A stretch of 43,310 nt of DNA from Chthonomonadaceae bacterium (GCA_035650735.1 DASRGZ010000099.1:1-43310); one strand, 5' to 3'; numbered from the stretch's first letter, positions 1 through 10,104 are shown. Translations and numbers: made by a program. Notes: generated by a model not told the origin, from the sequence alone.

Positions 1-1
1 T

Positions 2-514
2 ATGCAGCAGATGGTTGCCGCCATAGGCCGTGATGTAGAGGTCGTCGTAGCCGTCGTTGTCGTAGTCGCCGACCGCGACGCCCTGCCCATAGCCCAGATC
101 CCTGTCGAGCCCGCTCCCTGCTGTCACGTCCGTAAACGTGCCGTCGCCGTTGTTGTGGTAGAGCGCGCAGTGGTTAGCGGGAGAGTCTTTGCCGGGCGTG
201 CGCGGCATTTCGCCCGACTGCACCAGAACGATGTCCAGGAAGCCGTCGTTATCGTAGTCCAGGAAGGCGCACCCGGCTCCGGTCTCTTCCACATAGTAGA
301 ATTTGCCGGTCGCGCCGTTGCTGTGCGTGAAGCGGACGCCGGCGGAAACGGCGACGTCCCGGAACGGGGCCGATTGGCTCACTGTTGCGGATACCGGCGT
401 CGCGGCGATTCTCGTCGGCTGGCAGGAGGCGCAAGAGAGCAGGAGAAGCGCGAGAGCGCCGAGGCAAGCCCGTTGCCGCTCGCGCGCCCGAATGCGAATA
501 ATTAAGGGAAACAT
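2..514 (-). CDS. CRTAC1/ASPIC-UnbV family FG-GAP (VCBS) repeat protein, 5' part; runs off the window edge
   Basis: Not in the ORF track. Manual minus-strand translation from ATG at 514 gives MFPLIIRIRARERQRACLGALALLLLSCASC...PFRDVAVSAGVRFTHSNGATGKFYYVEETGAGCAFLDYDNDGFLDIVLVQSG: a lipoprotein-like signal plus the DYDNDGxxD FG-GAP motif. The + strand ORF 2..505 is its shadow. Confidence 0.85.
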   Translation of the reverse strand, partial: MFPLIIRIRARERQRACLGALALLLLSCASCQPTRIAATPVSATVSQSAPFRDVAVSAGVRFTHSNGATGKFYYVEETGAGCAFLDYDNDGFLDIVLVQSGEMPRTPGKDSPANHCALYHNNGDGTFTDVTAGSGLDRDLGYGQGVAVGDYDNDGYDDLYITAYGGNHLLH

Positions 515-524
515 ACTGGAGATT

Positions 525-1691
525 CTACCGCATAAACTGGCCTGCCGAGGCCGTCATGCGCGTCGCGGCCTCCTGTGAGCGGGCGAGCAGCGCCTGTAGC
601 TGCGGGTCGCCGGGCTTGATCTGATTGGCCTTCGTGAGATAGTAGAGCGCGCGGGTCGGCTCGCCCCGCCGCAGGTAGAGCTCGCCCAGCCGGCGGGGAT
701 ATCTGGGGTCGTTTGGATAGGCGATGCACCGTACCGCCAGGATACGCTCCTCGCCCGCTAATCGCTCTAACGCCAGGAAGCGGGCCTGCGCCTGCTCCGC
801 TTTGCGGCGTTGCCCGGTGATGCGGTAGGCGTCCGCTAGCTCCTTATGAATGCGAGCGACATCCGGCAGGCCGCGCGCAGCCTCTTCCATTTCGGCGACG
901 GCCTTCTGCGGCTCTCCGATTCGCATATAAGCCCGCCCCAACCCGAAATGCGCCCCCGCGTTGACGGGGGCGAACCGCAGCGAGGTCTGATAGTCCTTGA
1001 TGGCGTCGCGCGCGCCCTGCGACTGATCGGCCCGCGCCAGGTCCGCCAGGCCGAGCAGGTTATAGGCGTGCGCGTCGTTGGGGTTCAGGCGGAGTATCTG
1101 CGCGACGACCGGGCGCAGCTCGTCGTATAGGTACTGGTCTGTGAGCGCCTCGGCGTACATGCGCTGCACGGTGATGTCGTCGGGAACGAGCCTGGCGAGA
1201 CGGCGCAGGTATTCCAACTGCCGCTTCTGCTCGGTGTTGGGGCGCTGCCGCATCAGGGACGAGATCAGGCCAAGCGCGGCGACACAGTTCGGGTCGCGCT
1301 TCAGTTCCGCTTCCGCCGTCTGAAAAGCATCTTTCTGATCGTCCATGCGCAGGAGACAGGCGGCCAGGCGGCACTGAACGTGCGGTTTGTGCGGGTCGGC
1401 CTTCGCCAGCGCGCGGAAGGCGTCCGCCCCGGCAGGCCAGTTGTGCCGGGACATATAGTACTCGCCCAGGAGCTCATACGCGGCGGCGTTCTTCGGGTCG
1501 TCGCGCACGATAGCCTTCCATTCGGCCTCCGCTGCCGGCCCGTTGCGCTGGCGCACGAACGTTTCGGCGCGCGCGAAATGGCGGCGCGCGGAGGCGGATC
1601 GGAACCACTTCCAGCCCGAAATGCTGCACACAATCAGTGCGCCGAGCAGGACCGGAAAGGCGAGTTTGGCGAGGAGAGAGGAACGTTTCAT
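525..1691 (-). CDS. Membrane-anchored tetratricopeptide repeat protein
   Basis: N-terminal hydrophobic segment, then several TPR-like helical repeats (AAAYELLGEYY, AHAYNLLGLA, AHFGLGRAY, YPRRLGELY). Confidence 0.85.
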   Translation of the reverse strand: MKRSSLLAKLAFPVLLGALIVCSISGWKWFRSASARRHFARAETFVRQRNGPAAEAEWKAIVRDDPKNAAAYELLGEYYMSRHNWPAGADAFRALAKADPHKPHVQCRLAACLLRMDDQKDAFQTAEAELKRDPNCVAALGLISSLMRQRPNTEQKRQLEYLRRLARLVPDDITVQRMYAEALTDQYLYDELRPVVAQILRLNPNDAHAYNLLGLADLARADQSQGARDAIKDYQTSLRFAPVNAGAHFGLGRAYMRIGEPQKAVAEMEEAARGLPDVARIHKELADAYRITGQRRKAEQAQARFLALERLAGEERILAVRCIAYPNDPRYPRRLGELYLRRGEPTRALYYLTKANQIKPGDPQLQALLARSQEAATRMTASAGQFMR

Positions 1692-1746
1692 GGTGCGGAC
1701 GGAGGGGAAAGCTGCGTGAACTAAGCGCGCAGCGTTCCCGGAAGGG

Positions 1747-1977
1747 CTAACGCGTCGGGATGTCTCGCTTGGGCAGCGAGGCTCCCTGCCGTTTCATCTG
1801 CTCTATCTGCGCGGCGGTAAAGGGAGGCCTCCCGGAAGGTAACTTTTTCATGTCGGCGTGCAACTGATCGGCAGCGTCGCTGCCGGTCGCGTGGCGTACA
1901 TAGAAAAAGCCCACGATCAGGATGACAACGACCGCAGCCACAATGATTCCTGCGGCGACTGGGCCGGACAGTTTCAT
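1747..1977 (-). CDS. Small single-pass membrane hypothetical protein (76 aa)
   Basis: GAGGAG RBS upstream, one strong TM segment (VAAGIIVAAVVVILIVGFFY), co-oriented directly after the prepilin gene. Confidence 0.65.
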   Translation of the reverse strand: MKLSGPVAAGIIVAAVVVILIVGFFYVRHATGSDAADQLHADMKKLPSGRPPFTAAQIEQMKRQGASLPKRDIPTR

Positions 1978-1995
1978 GATAAACTCCTCGTTTGT

Positions 1996-2916
1996 CTACT
2001 GGGCTTCTTTGGCCAGGTTGGGGTACCCGGTGAAGAAGCCGTCGCCGAAGCAACTGCCAGACGGATCGTCGAAGCGTGTCTCTCCCGGCGTCGGCTCATT
2101 GGTCTGCCACTCGTTCTTATCCGCCGGAACGACCGTCTGCGCCCAGGTCCTGGTTTTTACGTGCCCGTCGAAGTAGATGAAGTTGCCTTTACCGCCCGGC
2201 CCCGGCCACTTCATGTGCGTGAACATACGGCCTCGGTCGTACAGATTGTCTGCATCCTTCCAAGCCCAGGCCCACTGCGCGTTGAGGTCGGCGTCGCCGC
2301 GAATGCTTTCGGCGACCATAATGGTGTTGCCGGGACGCGCGATACCCGCGTCTGTAGCGTTGATCTTGCCCCAATCTGACTCCGCCGCCCAGTTGTCTCC
2401 GCCGGGAAAAGCGCTGGCAGGAACCCACGTGGAGGCGCAACTGCTGAATCCGTAGCTGATGGGGAACATCTTATTCGGCATGAACTGGTATCCCTCGGCG
2501 TTGTGGGTGTTCTGGGCGTCGTCCCATCCGCTTGCCGGGCCGGGGCCGAGGGGCTTGCCGTTGGGATTGGACGGGCACGAGAAGATGTCCACATTTTTTA
2601 TATAGGGCTGGACGACGTTGCGCCAGGTCAGGATCGAGTCGGCGGGTACCTCGGGGTAGCGCGTAGCGCTGGCCTGGGCGACACGGATGGGCGAATATGC
2701 CCCGTCGAAGTCTTGCACGTACATGAGGGTCGCCGTGCCGAGTTGGCGCATGTTGGAGATGCAGGCGGTTTGGCGGGCCTTCTCGCGCGCCTGGGCGAAG
2801 ACCGGGAAGAGAATTGCCGCGAGAATCGCTATAATGGCTATCACAACGAGCAACTCTATCAGGGTAAATCCTCTGGACGACTGGCCTGTGCTGCGTGGTA
2901 TGGTTTCACACTCCAT
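1996..2916 (-). CDS. Prepilin-type N-terminal cleavage/methylation, DUF1559 / H-X9-DG family protein
   Basis: [45 protein letters not shown] motif and C-terminal H...[11 protein letters not shown]. Start placed at ATG 2916 behind a GAGGAGG RBS. Confidence 0.93.
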   Translation of the reverse strand: MECETIPRSTGQSSRGFTLIELLVVIAIIAILAAILFPVFAQAREKARQTACISNMRQLGTATLMYVQDFDGAYSPIRVAQASATRYPEVPADSILTWRNVVQPYIKNVDIFSCPSNPNGKPLGPGPASGWDDAQNTHNAEGYQFMPNKMFPISYGFSSCASTWVPASAFPGGDNWAAESDWGKINATDAGIARPGNTIMVAESIRGDADLNAQWAWAWKDADNLYDRGRMFTHMKWPGPGGKGNFIYFDGHVKTRTWAQTVVPADKNEWQTNEPTPGETRFDDPSGSCFGDGFFTGYPNLAKEAQ

Positions 2917-3010
2917 CGTCTTTCCTCCTCGTTGAATGATTTCTCGGAGCCGACAGGCTCCTTCACACCCCATTGCGAATGACTGCCTCGTTGCCTGGAA
3001 TCTGGACGGT

Positions 3011-3044
3011 CCTCACCCTGCAGCGTCTCTCCCAGGGAAGAGAG
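3011..3044. repeat. Degenerate REP-like palindrome
   Basis: CCTCACCCTGCAGCGTCTCTCCCAGGGAAGAGAG resembles the CCTCACCCC..CCCTCTCC..GGAGAGGG copies at 18641, 25915 and 28466. Confidence 0.45.
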
Positions 3045-3061
3045 CGGAGCGGTTATAGCCT

Positions 3062-4111
3062 CTACTTTCTGGCACGATAGGGCGCGGTCGAACCGCGCAG
3101 TACCAGTCGCGGCGCGATCAGCCGTTGGCTCGGCTCGACGGTTTCGCCCTCGATCTGGGCGATCAGCAGGCGCGTGGCCGTAGCGCTGATCTCCTGTAAC
3201 GGCTGATGCACCGAGGTCAGAGGCGGCGTTACCAGCGACGCCGCCGGAACATCATCGAAGCCAACAAGGGACAACTCGTCGGGAATCGCAATGCCCATTT
3301 TTTGCGCCGTCTGCATGGCGGCAATGGCAATCGTATCGTTCCCGGCGAAGAGGGCGGTGGGCGGTTCCGGCAGTGCCATGAGCGCGCGTACGGCGGCATC
3401 CACCGTCTGCCCGTCATAGCGGGTTGCCACCAGATACTCCGGGCGAATCGCTATTCCCGCCGACTGCAATGCAGCGCAGTACGCCTCGCGGCGCGCCGGC
3501 ACGCTCAGCATGTCCGGGTTGCCCGTCAGGTGGGCGATGCGGGTATGGCCGAGTTGCAGCAGATGCTCTGTCGCCAGCCGCCCGCCCGCGTAATTGTCCA
3601 CATCCACCGACGGCACGCCGCAGTTCTCCCCGGGATAGGAGATGACGGTGAGCGATAGTCCCAGAGAGGCAAGCTCCGGAACGATAGGGCTGTTTACCGG
3701 AGGCGCGACCACCAGAATTCCGTCGGTGCGCCCGTCGCGATATCGCGTCGCCGTTCCCGGCTCGCCGCGCCAGGGTTCCGTGAAAATGGTAACGCAGTAT
3801 CCGGCTTCCGCCGCCGCCGCTAGAGTCCCCTGGAGCACGCCGGCGGCATACGGGTTGGTGACAACGCCTTCGGCATCCACGACACCGAAGAGAATGCCGA
3901 TGGTATGCATACGCCGCCGCACCAGGGCGCGCGCCATCGCGTTCGGATGGTACTTCAGTTGGGCGGCGGCTTCCAGAATGCGCGCTCGCGTGGCCGGAGA
4001 GACGCGCGTGTTGGAGCGCGAGCCGTTCAACACCGAGGAAACGGTATAGAGGCTGACGCCGGCGCATTCTGCGATGTCGCTCAAGGTAGGCGCTTTCTTA
4101 TTTTGGCTCAT
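3062..4111 (-). CDS. LacI family transcriptional regulator
   Basis: N-terminal HTH PTLSDIAECAGVSLYTVSSVLNG, hinge YHPNAMARAL, sugar-binding domain ending VGFDD...PPLTSVHQP...LVLRGST. Start is ATG 4111 or TTG 4126. Confidence 0.95.
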   Translation of the reverse strand: MSQNKKAPTLSDIAECAGVSLYTVSSVLNGSRSNTRVSPATRARILEAAAQLKYHPNAMARALVRRRMHTIGILFGVVDAEGVVTNPYAAGVLQGTLAAAAEAGYCVTIFTEPWRGEPGTATRYRDGRTDGILVVAPPVNSPIVPELASLGLSLTVISYPGENCGVPSVDVDNYAGGRLATEHLLQLGHTRIAHLTGNPDMLSVPARREAYCAALQSAGIAIRPEYLVATRYDGQTVDAAVRALMALPEPPTALFAGNDTIAIAAMQTAQKMGIAIPDELSLVGFDDVPAASLVTPPLTSVHQPLQEISATATRLLIAQIEGETVEPSQRLIAPRLVLRGSTAPYRARK

Positions 4112-4150
4112 AGCTATTGCTCGCAACCAGGAAAATGGGGACTCTGGCCC

Positions 4151-4200
4151 TGACCAAAGGTTTAGTCAACTTCGCCAAGCCATGACCAAGCCTTTAGTCA
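4151..4200. promoter_or_regulatory. Two tandem LacI-type operator palindromes
   Basis: TGACCAAAGGTTTAGTCA (4151-4168) and TGACCAAGCCTTTAGTCA (4183-4200) are near-palindromic 18-mers, 32 bp apart, lying just downstream of the lacI promoter. Confidence 0.8.
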
Positions 4201-4213
4201 CAGAGATGTGAAC

Positions 4214-4242
4214 AGTATAACCAGGAAATAGCTCTCTGTCAA
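4214..4242 (-). promoter_or_regulatory. Sigma70 promoter of the lacI gene
   Basis: Minus strand reads TTGACA (4242-4237), 17 bp, TATACT (4219-4214). Confidence 0.85.
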
Positions 4243-4846
4243 GAAAAATGGGTAATCCCTCCCAACGGTGTGGACGTATCTCCTCAGCAGCAGGCTGCGT
4301 GAGATTGATCAACATGGCTGGGAGTGTCTACCGAAAAATGGAAAAGGGCTCATAAAAACATGGGCAAGAGCTCTCCCTACGTTTACGCGGGGGAGGAAGG
4401 CCCCTCCGCATCAGGCCGATGCGCGAGTGGGCGTTCGAGGCAGAAGCACAGGCTCTCATCCGCGCCTCGTGCCGTCAAAAACTTGCTAACTCCTTTCCGC
4501 TTTTGTTGGAAAGCCGGTAGTATACCAGTATCCAGTTTTCGGAAGCCGTCTCGTCAGCGGCTTCTCAGGAACGGGTCTGCTTCTACACCCGGCAACCCGG
4601 TTGGTTCGTGCAATGCTCCTTCGCTGGCAACAGACGCCCTACAGCGAATGGTTGGTTTAACAGATTTCAGCAAGGTGTGCGAGCACTCTCAAAACGCTTG
4701 CCAGGACCTACCGGAAACCTTCCGTCCTCGGTGTGAAAAATTACACACTGGAAGCCGCAAAAATAGGTAAACCGGGCCAGGTTTCCTGCGTCTAAGATTT
4801 CAGAACGGTTGAGACAGTCTAAGTGAACGCGCGAGAGGGAAGGAAT

Positions 4847-5056
4847 ATGGACAAGTACAAAGTGATCGTCTGGTGGAGCCCTATGGATCGCTGCTACCTG
4901 GCGGAAATGCCGGAACTCCCTGGCTGTATGGCAGACGGCGCTACGCAGGAAGAGGCACTCGTAAATATTCGTGAGATCGCCCAGGAGTGGGTCAACTATG
5001 CCAAGCGGCGCGGAAGGCCGATACCTCAGCCGGAAGCCCTGCTGGCTTTAGCTTAA
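4847..5056 (+). CDS. hicB: Type II toxin-antitoxin HicB-family antitoxin (short form, orphan)
   Basis: MDKYKVIVWWSPMDRCYLAEMPELPGCMADGATQEEALVNIREIAQEW...GRPIPQP matches the HicB pattern; GAAGGA RBS upstream. Confidence 0.88.
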   Translation: MDKYKVIVWWSPMDRCYLAEMPELPGCMADGATQEEALVNIREIAQEWVNYAKRRGRPIPQPEALLALA

Positions 5057-5074
5057 AGCCGACACACAGCACGC

Positions 5075-5105
5075 CCCCCTTGCCATTGAGCAAGGGGGAT
5101 TTTTT
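5075..5105 (+). terminator. Rho-independent terminator after hicB
   Basis: CCCCCTTGC-CATTGA-GCAAGGGGG perfect 9-bp stem followed by ATTTTTT. Confidence 0.75.
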
Positions 5106-5159
5106 ATGCGGATTTAACAAGCTCCCCGAAACGAATCCATTCCGCAGGAAATACTGCCA

Positions 5160-5186
5160 GCAGGATATTTCCATCCTCGTACGAAA
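5160..5186 (+). promoter_or_regulatory. Sigma-H-like promoter upstream of nudC
   Basis: GCAGGA-17 bp-GAAA; the same motif recurs upstream of five other genes in the window. Confidence 0.5.
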
Positions 5187-5246
5187 CCATTACGGGGAAA
5201 GCTCGGCTAACGACAGCCAGTAACATTCCACCAGGGGACGCTCCCT

Positions 5247-6080
5247 ATGCCCTTGTATCCTGATTTCCAGAGATCGTATCCGTCGGATGTGTCTGCGGAA
5301 GAGCCGATCCTGTGGCTGCTTTTTAACGAACACGGGGTCCTCATTCAGGCCGAAGGGGAAGCCGCCCGGCTGATTCCTCACTCTGCCGAGGTGCAGGCGG
5401 CGCTAGCGGTCTGCGCTCCGCTTGTGCTCGGCAGCCTGAACGGGGTCACCTACCTGGCCTGTGAGGTGCCGCCGGAAGTGGAATTGCCCGGCGACTGCCG
5501 CGCGGTGGATCTGAGAACGCTGTATGGCCTCGTTTGTGAACAGGATTGGCAGATCGCCGGTTACGCCTCTCAGATCCTGCACTGGCAGCGCACCAGCCGT
5601 TTCTGCCCGATATGTGGGCAGCCGACCGAGCCGATGCAGCAGGAATGGATGCGGCGCTGCGCGCAATGTGGTCATGAGCGTTTCCCACAGGTAAGCCCGG
5701 CGGTGCTGATCCTCGTGCATGATGGCGCGGATCGGATTCTGCTGGCCCATAAGCCGGGTTGGGGAGATCGGTACAGCATCCTGGCCGGGTTCGTGCTGCC
5801 GGGCGAATCCCTGGAAGAGTGCGTACAGCGCGAAGTGGAGGAAGAGGTCGGGGTGCGCGTCACCGACCTCCAGTATGTAGGCAGTCAGCCCTGGCCCTTT
5901 CCACATCAACTGATGATCGGGTTTACCGCACGTCACCGGAGTGGGGACATCCGCATTGACACGCTGGAGCTGGACCATGCCGCCTGGTTTGACGCGAACG
6001 CGCTGCCGGCTCTGCCCCCGCCCCTGAGCCTTTCCCGCCAGATGATAGACGCCTGGAAACAGGCGTGGCAAACGGGATAG
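5247..6080 (+). CDS. nudC: NAD(+) diphosphatase / NADH pyrophosphatase
   Basis: Zn ribbon CPICG..CAQCG, Nudix box GFVLPGESLEECVQREVEEEVG, and the SQPWPFP signature. Confidence 0.95.
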   Translation: MPLYPDFQRSYPSDVSAEEPILWLLFNEHGVLIQAEGEAARLIPHSAEVQAALAVCAPLVLGSLNGVTYLACEVPPEVELPGDCRAVDLRTLYGLVCEQDWQIAGYASQILHWQRTSRFCPICGQPTEPMQQEWMRRCAQCGHERFPQVSPAVLILVHDGADRILLAHKPGWGDRYSILAGFVLPGESLEECVQREVEEEVGVRVTDLQYVGSQPWPFPHQLMIGFTARHRSGDIRIDTLELDHAAWFDANALPALPPPLSLSRQMIDAWKQAWQTG

Positions 6081-6086
6081 GAACCG

Positions 6087-6114
6087 GCAGGAGGTTGGAA
6101 CGTCAACCTGGAAT
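6087..6114 (+). promoter_or_regulatory. Sigma-H-like promoter upstream of the PSD1 gene
   Basis: GCAGGA-18 bp-GAAT. Confidence 0.45.
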
Positions 6115-6226
6115 CCTCTTTCTATCGAAAATTACAGTAGTCATCGAGGGGCAGGACGGTGTTGTCGTGTCCGCCTGGAATCATCTTTCTACCGGAACAC
6201 ACCCCCTCCTTCTCAGTGAGGTTATT

Positions 6227-8617
6227 ATGGGACACATCCCTATTACAGATCATCCTGTGCAAAAGTATGGTCGCTGGCGGGCCGTGCTCCTGATGCTCGC
6301 CCCTCTCATCCTGGCATACGGACTGCCCGCCGCCGGAGCCGGTAAGGTCCTCAAGGCCAAACACCCTGTCGTTCGGGTGGATTTCGCGCGAGAGGTGCGG
6401 CCCATTCTTGCCAACAACTGCTTTGCCTGTCATGGCCGGGACGAAAAGAAGCGCCAGGCGGGACTGCGCCTCGATGTTCGGGCAGGCGCGGTGGCGCGCA
6501 GGGTTCTCGTGCCGGGAAAACCGGAGGCGAGTCTCCTGATCCAGCGCGTGACGGCGGGTAGCGCGTTCCGGATGCCGCCCGCAGTCACCGGGAAAAAACT
6601 GACCCCCACAGAGATAACGATCCTTCGCCAGTGGATCCAGCAGGGCGCGGTCTACAAGCCCCACTGGGCCTTTATCGCTCCCCACCGTCCGTCTCTGCCG
6701 AAAGTCAAGCAGGCGAAATGGGTGCAGAACCCGATAGACGCCTTCATTCTGGCGCGGCTGGAAAAGGAAGGGCTGACGCCCGCGCCGCCTGCCGACCGCT
6801 ATACCCTCCTCCGCCGCGTATCGCTCGACCTGATCGGGCTGCCGCCCACGCCACAGGAGGTGGACGCTTTCATCCAGGATACGTCCCCGAACGCCTACGA
6901 GAAGGTGGTGGACAGGCTGCTGGCCTCCCCACACTACGGAGAGAAGTGGGCGCGCATGTGGATGGACCTGGCCCGGTATGCGGACTCCGCCGGATATGGC
7001 TCCGATCCGCTGCGCCCGAACCTCTGGCCGTACCGGGACTGGGTGATCAACGCCTTCAACCGCAACCTGCCCTACGACCGGTTTACCATCGAGCAGATCG
7101 CCGGGGACCTGCTTCCGAACCCCACACAGGAACAGTTGATCGCTACTGCGTTCCACCGCAACACGATGACCAACACGGAAGGAGGCACGGATCCCGAGGA
7201 GTTCCGGGTCGCCGCCGTCAAGGATCGCGCCATCACGACCGCGCAGGTCTGGATGGGAATAACGATGGGGTGCGCGCAATGCCATTCCCATAAATACGAC
7301 CCCATCAGTCAAAAAGAGTTCTATCGGTTCTTCGCCTACTTCAATCAGACGGAAGACGCCAACCGAGCCGACGAGCAGCCCACGCTGTCGCTTCCGACCG
7401 AGGAACAGACCAAACGGATCGCGGCGCTGAAGAGCGAGATTGCGGCACTGGAAGCGAATGTGGCGGCCATGCCCGGTCGCAAGGCGGAACTGGAGGCGAA
7501 GCAGAAGGAGCTGGCCTCCATACAGCCGCTTGCGGTGCCCATTATGCGCGAGCTGCCGCCGGACAAGCGGCGCAAGACCTTTGTGCTGACGCTCGCCAAC
7601 TTCCTCCAGCCCGGCGAAGAGGTCCAGCCCGGCACTCCGGCGGCCTTTAACCCGCTGCCCCCCGGTGCGCCCCAGAACCGCCTGGGCGTCGCCCTCTGGC
7701 TGGTCAGTCGGCAGAACCCGCTGACGGCGCGTGTAGCCGTGAACCGCTTCTGGGCGCAGATATTCGGCACGGGGATCGTGGAAACGGAAGAAGACTTCGG
7801 GCAGCAGGGCGCGCTGCCGACCCATCAGGAACTTCTCGACTGGCTTGCGGTCGAGTTTATGGATTCCAAGTGGGACATGAAGGCGCTGCTGAAGAAGATC
7901 GTGATGTCGGCGACCTATCGCCAATCGGCGCGGGTGACGCCGCTCTTATTGGCAAAGGACCCGCGTGATCGGCTGCTCGCGCGCTTTCCGCGACGCCGGC
8001 TGGATGCGGAGATGGTGCGCGACCAGGCGCTGGCGCTAAGCGGGCTGCTGAGCCAGAAGATCGGCGGGCCGTCGGTCTTTCCACCGCAGCCGGAAGGGCT
8101 GTGGCAGGCTGCCTTCAATGGCGAGCGGACATGGCCAACCAGCACCGGCGAAGATCGGTATCGGCGCGGCCTGTATACCTTCTGGCGGCGCACAGTCCCC
8201 TACCCGAGTATGGCGACCTTTGACGCGCCCAGCCGTGAGGTCTGCACGGTGCGGCGCATTCCGACCAATACGCCGCTGCAAGCGCTGGTCACGCTAAATG
8301 ACCCGGCCTATGTGGAGATGGCGCAGGCGCTCGGTCGCCGGATCGCGCGCGAAGGCGGCGCGTCCCTCACGGAGCGGGTTCGGTTCGCGCTGCGGCTCGT
8401 CACGGCTCATCCACCGCAGCCAGAGCAGATTCAGCCCCTGGTCAGCCTTTATGAACAGGAACTGGCCTACTACCGCACCCACGCAGAAGACGCCAAGAAG
8501 CTGGCGACCGATCCGCTTGGCCCGCTCCCGCAGGGAATGGACATGGCCGAACAGGCCGCCTGGACCGTAGTTGCCAACGTGTTGCTCAACCTCGATGGAG
8601 TCTTAACGAAGGGCTGA
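6227..8617 (+). CDS. PSCyt1/DUF1549 (PSCyt2)/DUF1553 (PSD1) planctomycete-type cytochrome c domain protein
   Basis: [20 protein letters not shown] (CxxCH), [63 protein letters not shown]. Start uncertain; ATG 6227 chosen. Confidence 0.93.
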   Translation: MGHIPITDHPVQKYGRWRAVLLMLAPLILAYGLPAAGAGKVLKAKHPVVRVDFAREVRPILANNCFACHGRDEKKRQAGLRLDVRAGAVARRVLVPGKPEASLLIQRVTAGSAFRMPPAVTGKKLTPTEITILRQWIQQGAVYKPHWAFIAPHRPSLPKVKQAKWVQNPIDAFILARLEKEGLTPAPPADRYTLLRRVSLDLIGLPPTPQEVDAFIQDTSPNAYEKVVDRLLASPHYGEKWARMWMDLARYADSAGYGSDPLRPNLWPYRDWVINAFNRNLPYDRFTIEQIAGDLLPNPTQEQLIATAFHRNTMTNTEGGTDPEEFRVAAVKDRAITTAQVWMGITMGCAQCHSHKYDPISQKEFYRFFAYFNQTEDANRADEQPTLSLPTEEQTKRIAALKSEIAALEANVAAMPGRKAELEAKQKELASIQPLAVPIMRELPPDKRRKTFVLTLANFLQPGEEVQPGTPAAFNPLPPGAPQNRLGVALWLVSRQNPLTARVAVNRFWAQIFGTGIVETEEDFGQQGALPTHQELLDWLAVEFMDSKWDMKALLKKIVMSATYRQSARVTPLLLAKDPRDRLLARFPRRRLDAEMVRDQALALSGLLSQKIGGPSVFPPQPEGLWQAAFNGERTWPTSTGEDRYRRGLYTFWRRTVPYPSMATFDAPSREVCTVRRIPTNTPLQALVTLNDPAYVEMAQALGRRIAREGGASLTERVRFALRLVTAHPPQPEQIQPLVSLYEQELAYYRTHAEDAKKLATDPLGPLPQGMDMAEQAAWTVVANVLLNLDGVLTKG

Positions 8618-8628
8618 GCAGGGAGACG

Positions 8629-10104
8629 ATGATGGATTTTGAAATGGAACGGGCGCGTGCCATCACCCGGCGCACCTTTTTCGGTAAGACCGGCCTGGGA
8701 CTCGGCGCCATCGCGCTCAGCGCATTGCTGGGACCGGAAGTTCTGGCCCAGGGGACCGGAAAAGGGAAGGCAGGCGTTGGAGTCAACCCGCTGGCGCCGA
8801 AAAAGCCGCATCACCCGGCGAGGGCGCGCTCGATCATCTACCTGGACATGTCCGGCGCGCCGCCCACGCTGGATATGTTCGACTATAAGCCGAAGCTGGT
8901 CGAGATGAACATGCAGCCCTGCCCGGAATCCCTGCGTAAGGGCGAACGGTTCGCCTTCATTAAAGGCGTGCCGAATATGCTGGGCACGCCCTTCAAGTTC
9001 AAGCAGTACGGACAGAGCGGGACCTGGGTCAGCGAGATGTTGCCCCATACCGCAAGTATTGTGGACGATATCACTTTAATCCGCTCCATGAATACTGACC
9101 AGTTCAACCATGCGCCGGCGGAAATGTTCCTCTACACCGGATCGGCCAACGCGGGTTATGCTTCGATGGGCTCCTGGGTTACCTACGGTCTGGGTTCGGA
9201 GAATCAGAACTTGCCGGGCTTCGTGGTCCTCATCTCCGGCGGCACCGACCCCACAGGCGGCAAAAGCCTCTGGAGCAGCGGGTTCCTGCCCTCCGTGTAT
9301 CAGGGGGTACAGTGTCGCTCCGCAGGAGAACCCATCCTCTACCTGAACGACCCGAACGGGATGTCGCGCGAGACCCGCCGCCATAGCCTGGACGCCCTCA
9401 CCCGATTGAACCAGTGGGAGGCAAAACAACTGGGCGACCCGGAGACGGTGACGCGCATCGCGCAGTACGAACTGGCCTACCGGATGCAGATCGCCGTGCC
9501 GCAGGTCATGGACATCTCGCAAGAGCCGAAGCACATCTTGGAGATGTACGGCGCGCAGCCCGGTCAGCCTACCTTCGCCAACAACTGCCTGCTGGCGCGG
9601 CGGCTTGTCGAGAAGGGGGTACGGTTCGTGCAGCTCTATGACTGGGGCTGGGATATTCACGGAACGGGGCCTGGCGATGACCTGATGACGGCCTTTCCCA
9701 AGAAGTGTAAAGAGATGGACCAGCCGGCGGCAGCCCTCATCAAAGATTTGAAGCAGCGCGGCCTGCTGGAGCAGACATTGGTCATCTGGGGCGGGGAGTT
9801 TGGGCGAACGCCCATGAACGAGGCGCGCGGCGGCTCCAAGTTCCTGGGTCGCGATCATCATCCGCACTGCTTCTGCCTCTGGATGGCGGGCGGGGGAATC
9901 AAGCCCGGCTTCGTTTACGGCGAAACGGACGAATTCGGCTACCAGATCGTCAAGGATAAGGTCACTATCCGCGACCTCCAGGCGACCATCCTGTACGCAA
10001 TGGGATTGGACCCGTATCATCTGAGTTATCGCTACCAGGGTCTGGACCAGCGGCTCATCGGCCCAGCGGGGGAAGCGGTCATTCAGAAGGCGCTGTTTGC
10101 GTAG
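8629..10104 (+). CDS. DUF1501 domain protein (Tat-type signal, sulfatase-like fold family)
   Basis: TRRTFF twin-arginine motif, DMFDYKP, NCLLARRLVEKGVRFVQLY, WGGEFGRTP...GRDHHP. Usual partner of PSD1 genes. Confidence 0.93.
   Translation: MMDFEMERARAITRRTFFGKTGLGLGAIALSALLGPEVLAQGTGKGKAGVGVNPLAPKKPHHPARARSIIYLDMSGAPPTLDMFDYKPKLVEMNMQPCPESLRKGERFAFIKGVPNMLGTPFKFKQYGQSGTWVSEMLPHTASIVDDITLIRSMNTDQFNHAPAEMFLYTGSANAGYASMGSWVTYGLGSENQNLPGFVVLISGGTDPTGGKSLWSSGFLPSVYQGVQCRSAGEPILYLNDPNGMSRETRRHSLDALTRLNQWEAKQLGDPETVTRIAQYELAYRMQIAVPQVMDISQEPKHILEMYGAQPGQPTFANNCLLARRLVEKGVRFVQLYDWGWDIHGTGPGDDLMTAFPKKCKEMDQPAAALIKDLKQRGLLEQTLVIWGGEFGRTPMNEARGGSKFLGRDHHPHCFCLWMAGGGIKPGFVYGETDEFGYQIVKDKVTIRDLQATILYAMGLDPYHLSYRYQGLDQRLIGPAGEAVIQKALFA

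Noticed and set aside
2..505. + strand 167-aa ORF rich in V/A
   Set aside because: Antisense shadow of the minus-strand CRTAC1/FG-GAP gene.
4373..4398. CTCCCTACGTTTACGCGGGGGAGGAA resembling an IS200/IS605 end hairpin
   Set aside because: Imperfect single copy, with no tnpA/tnpB remnant recognised nearby.
5181..5224. GGAAAGCT..GGCTAA..GACAGCCAGT resembling part of a c-di-GMP-I riboswitch
   Set aside because: No P2 stem with a GAAA tetraloop, the segment is too short, and it overlaps the sigma-H-like promoter.
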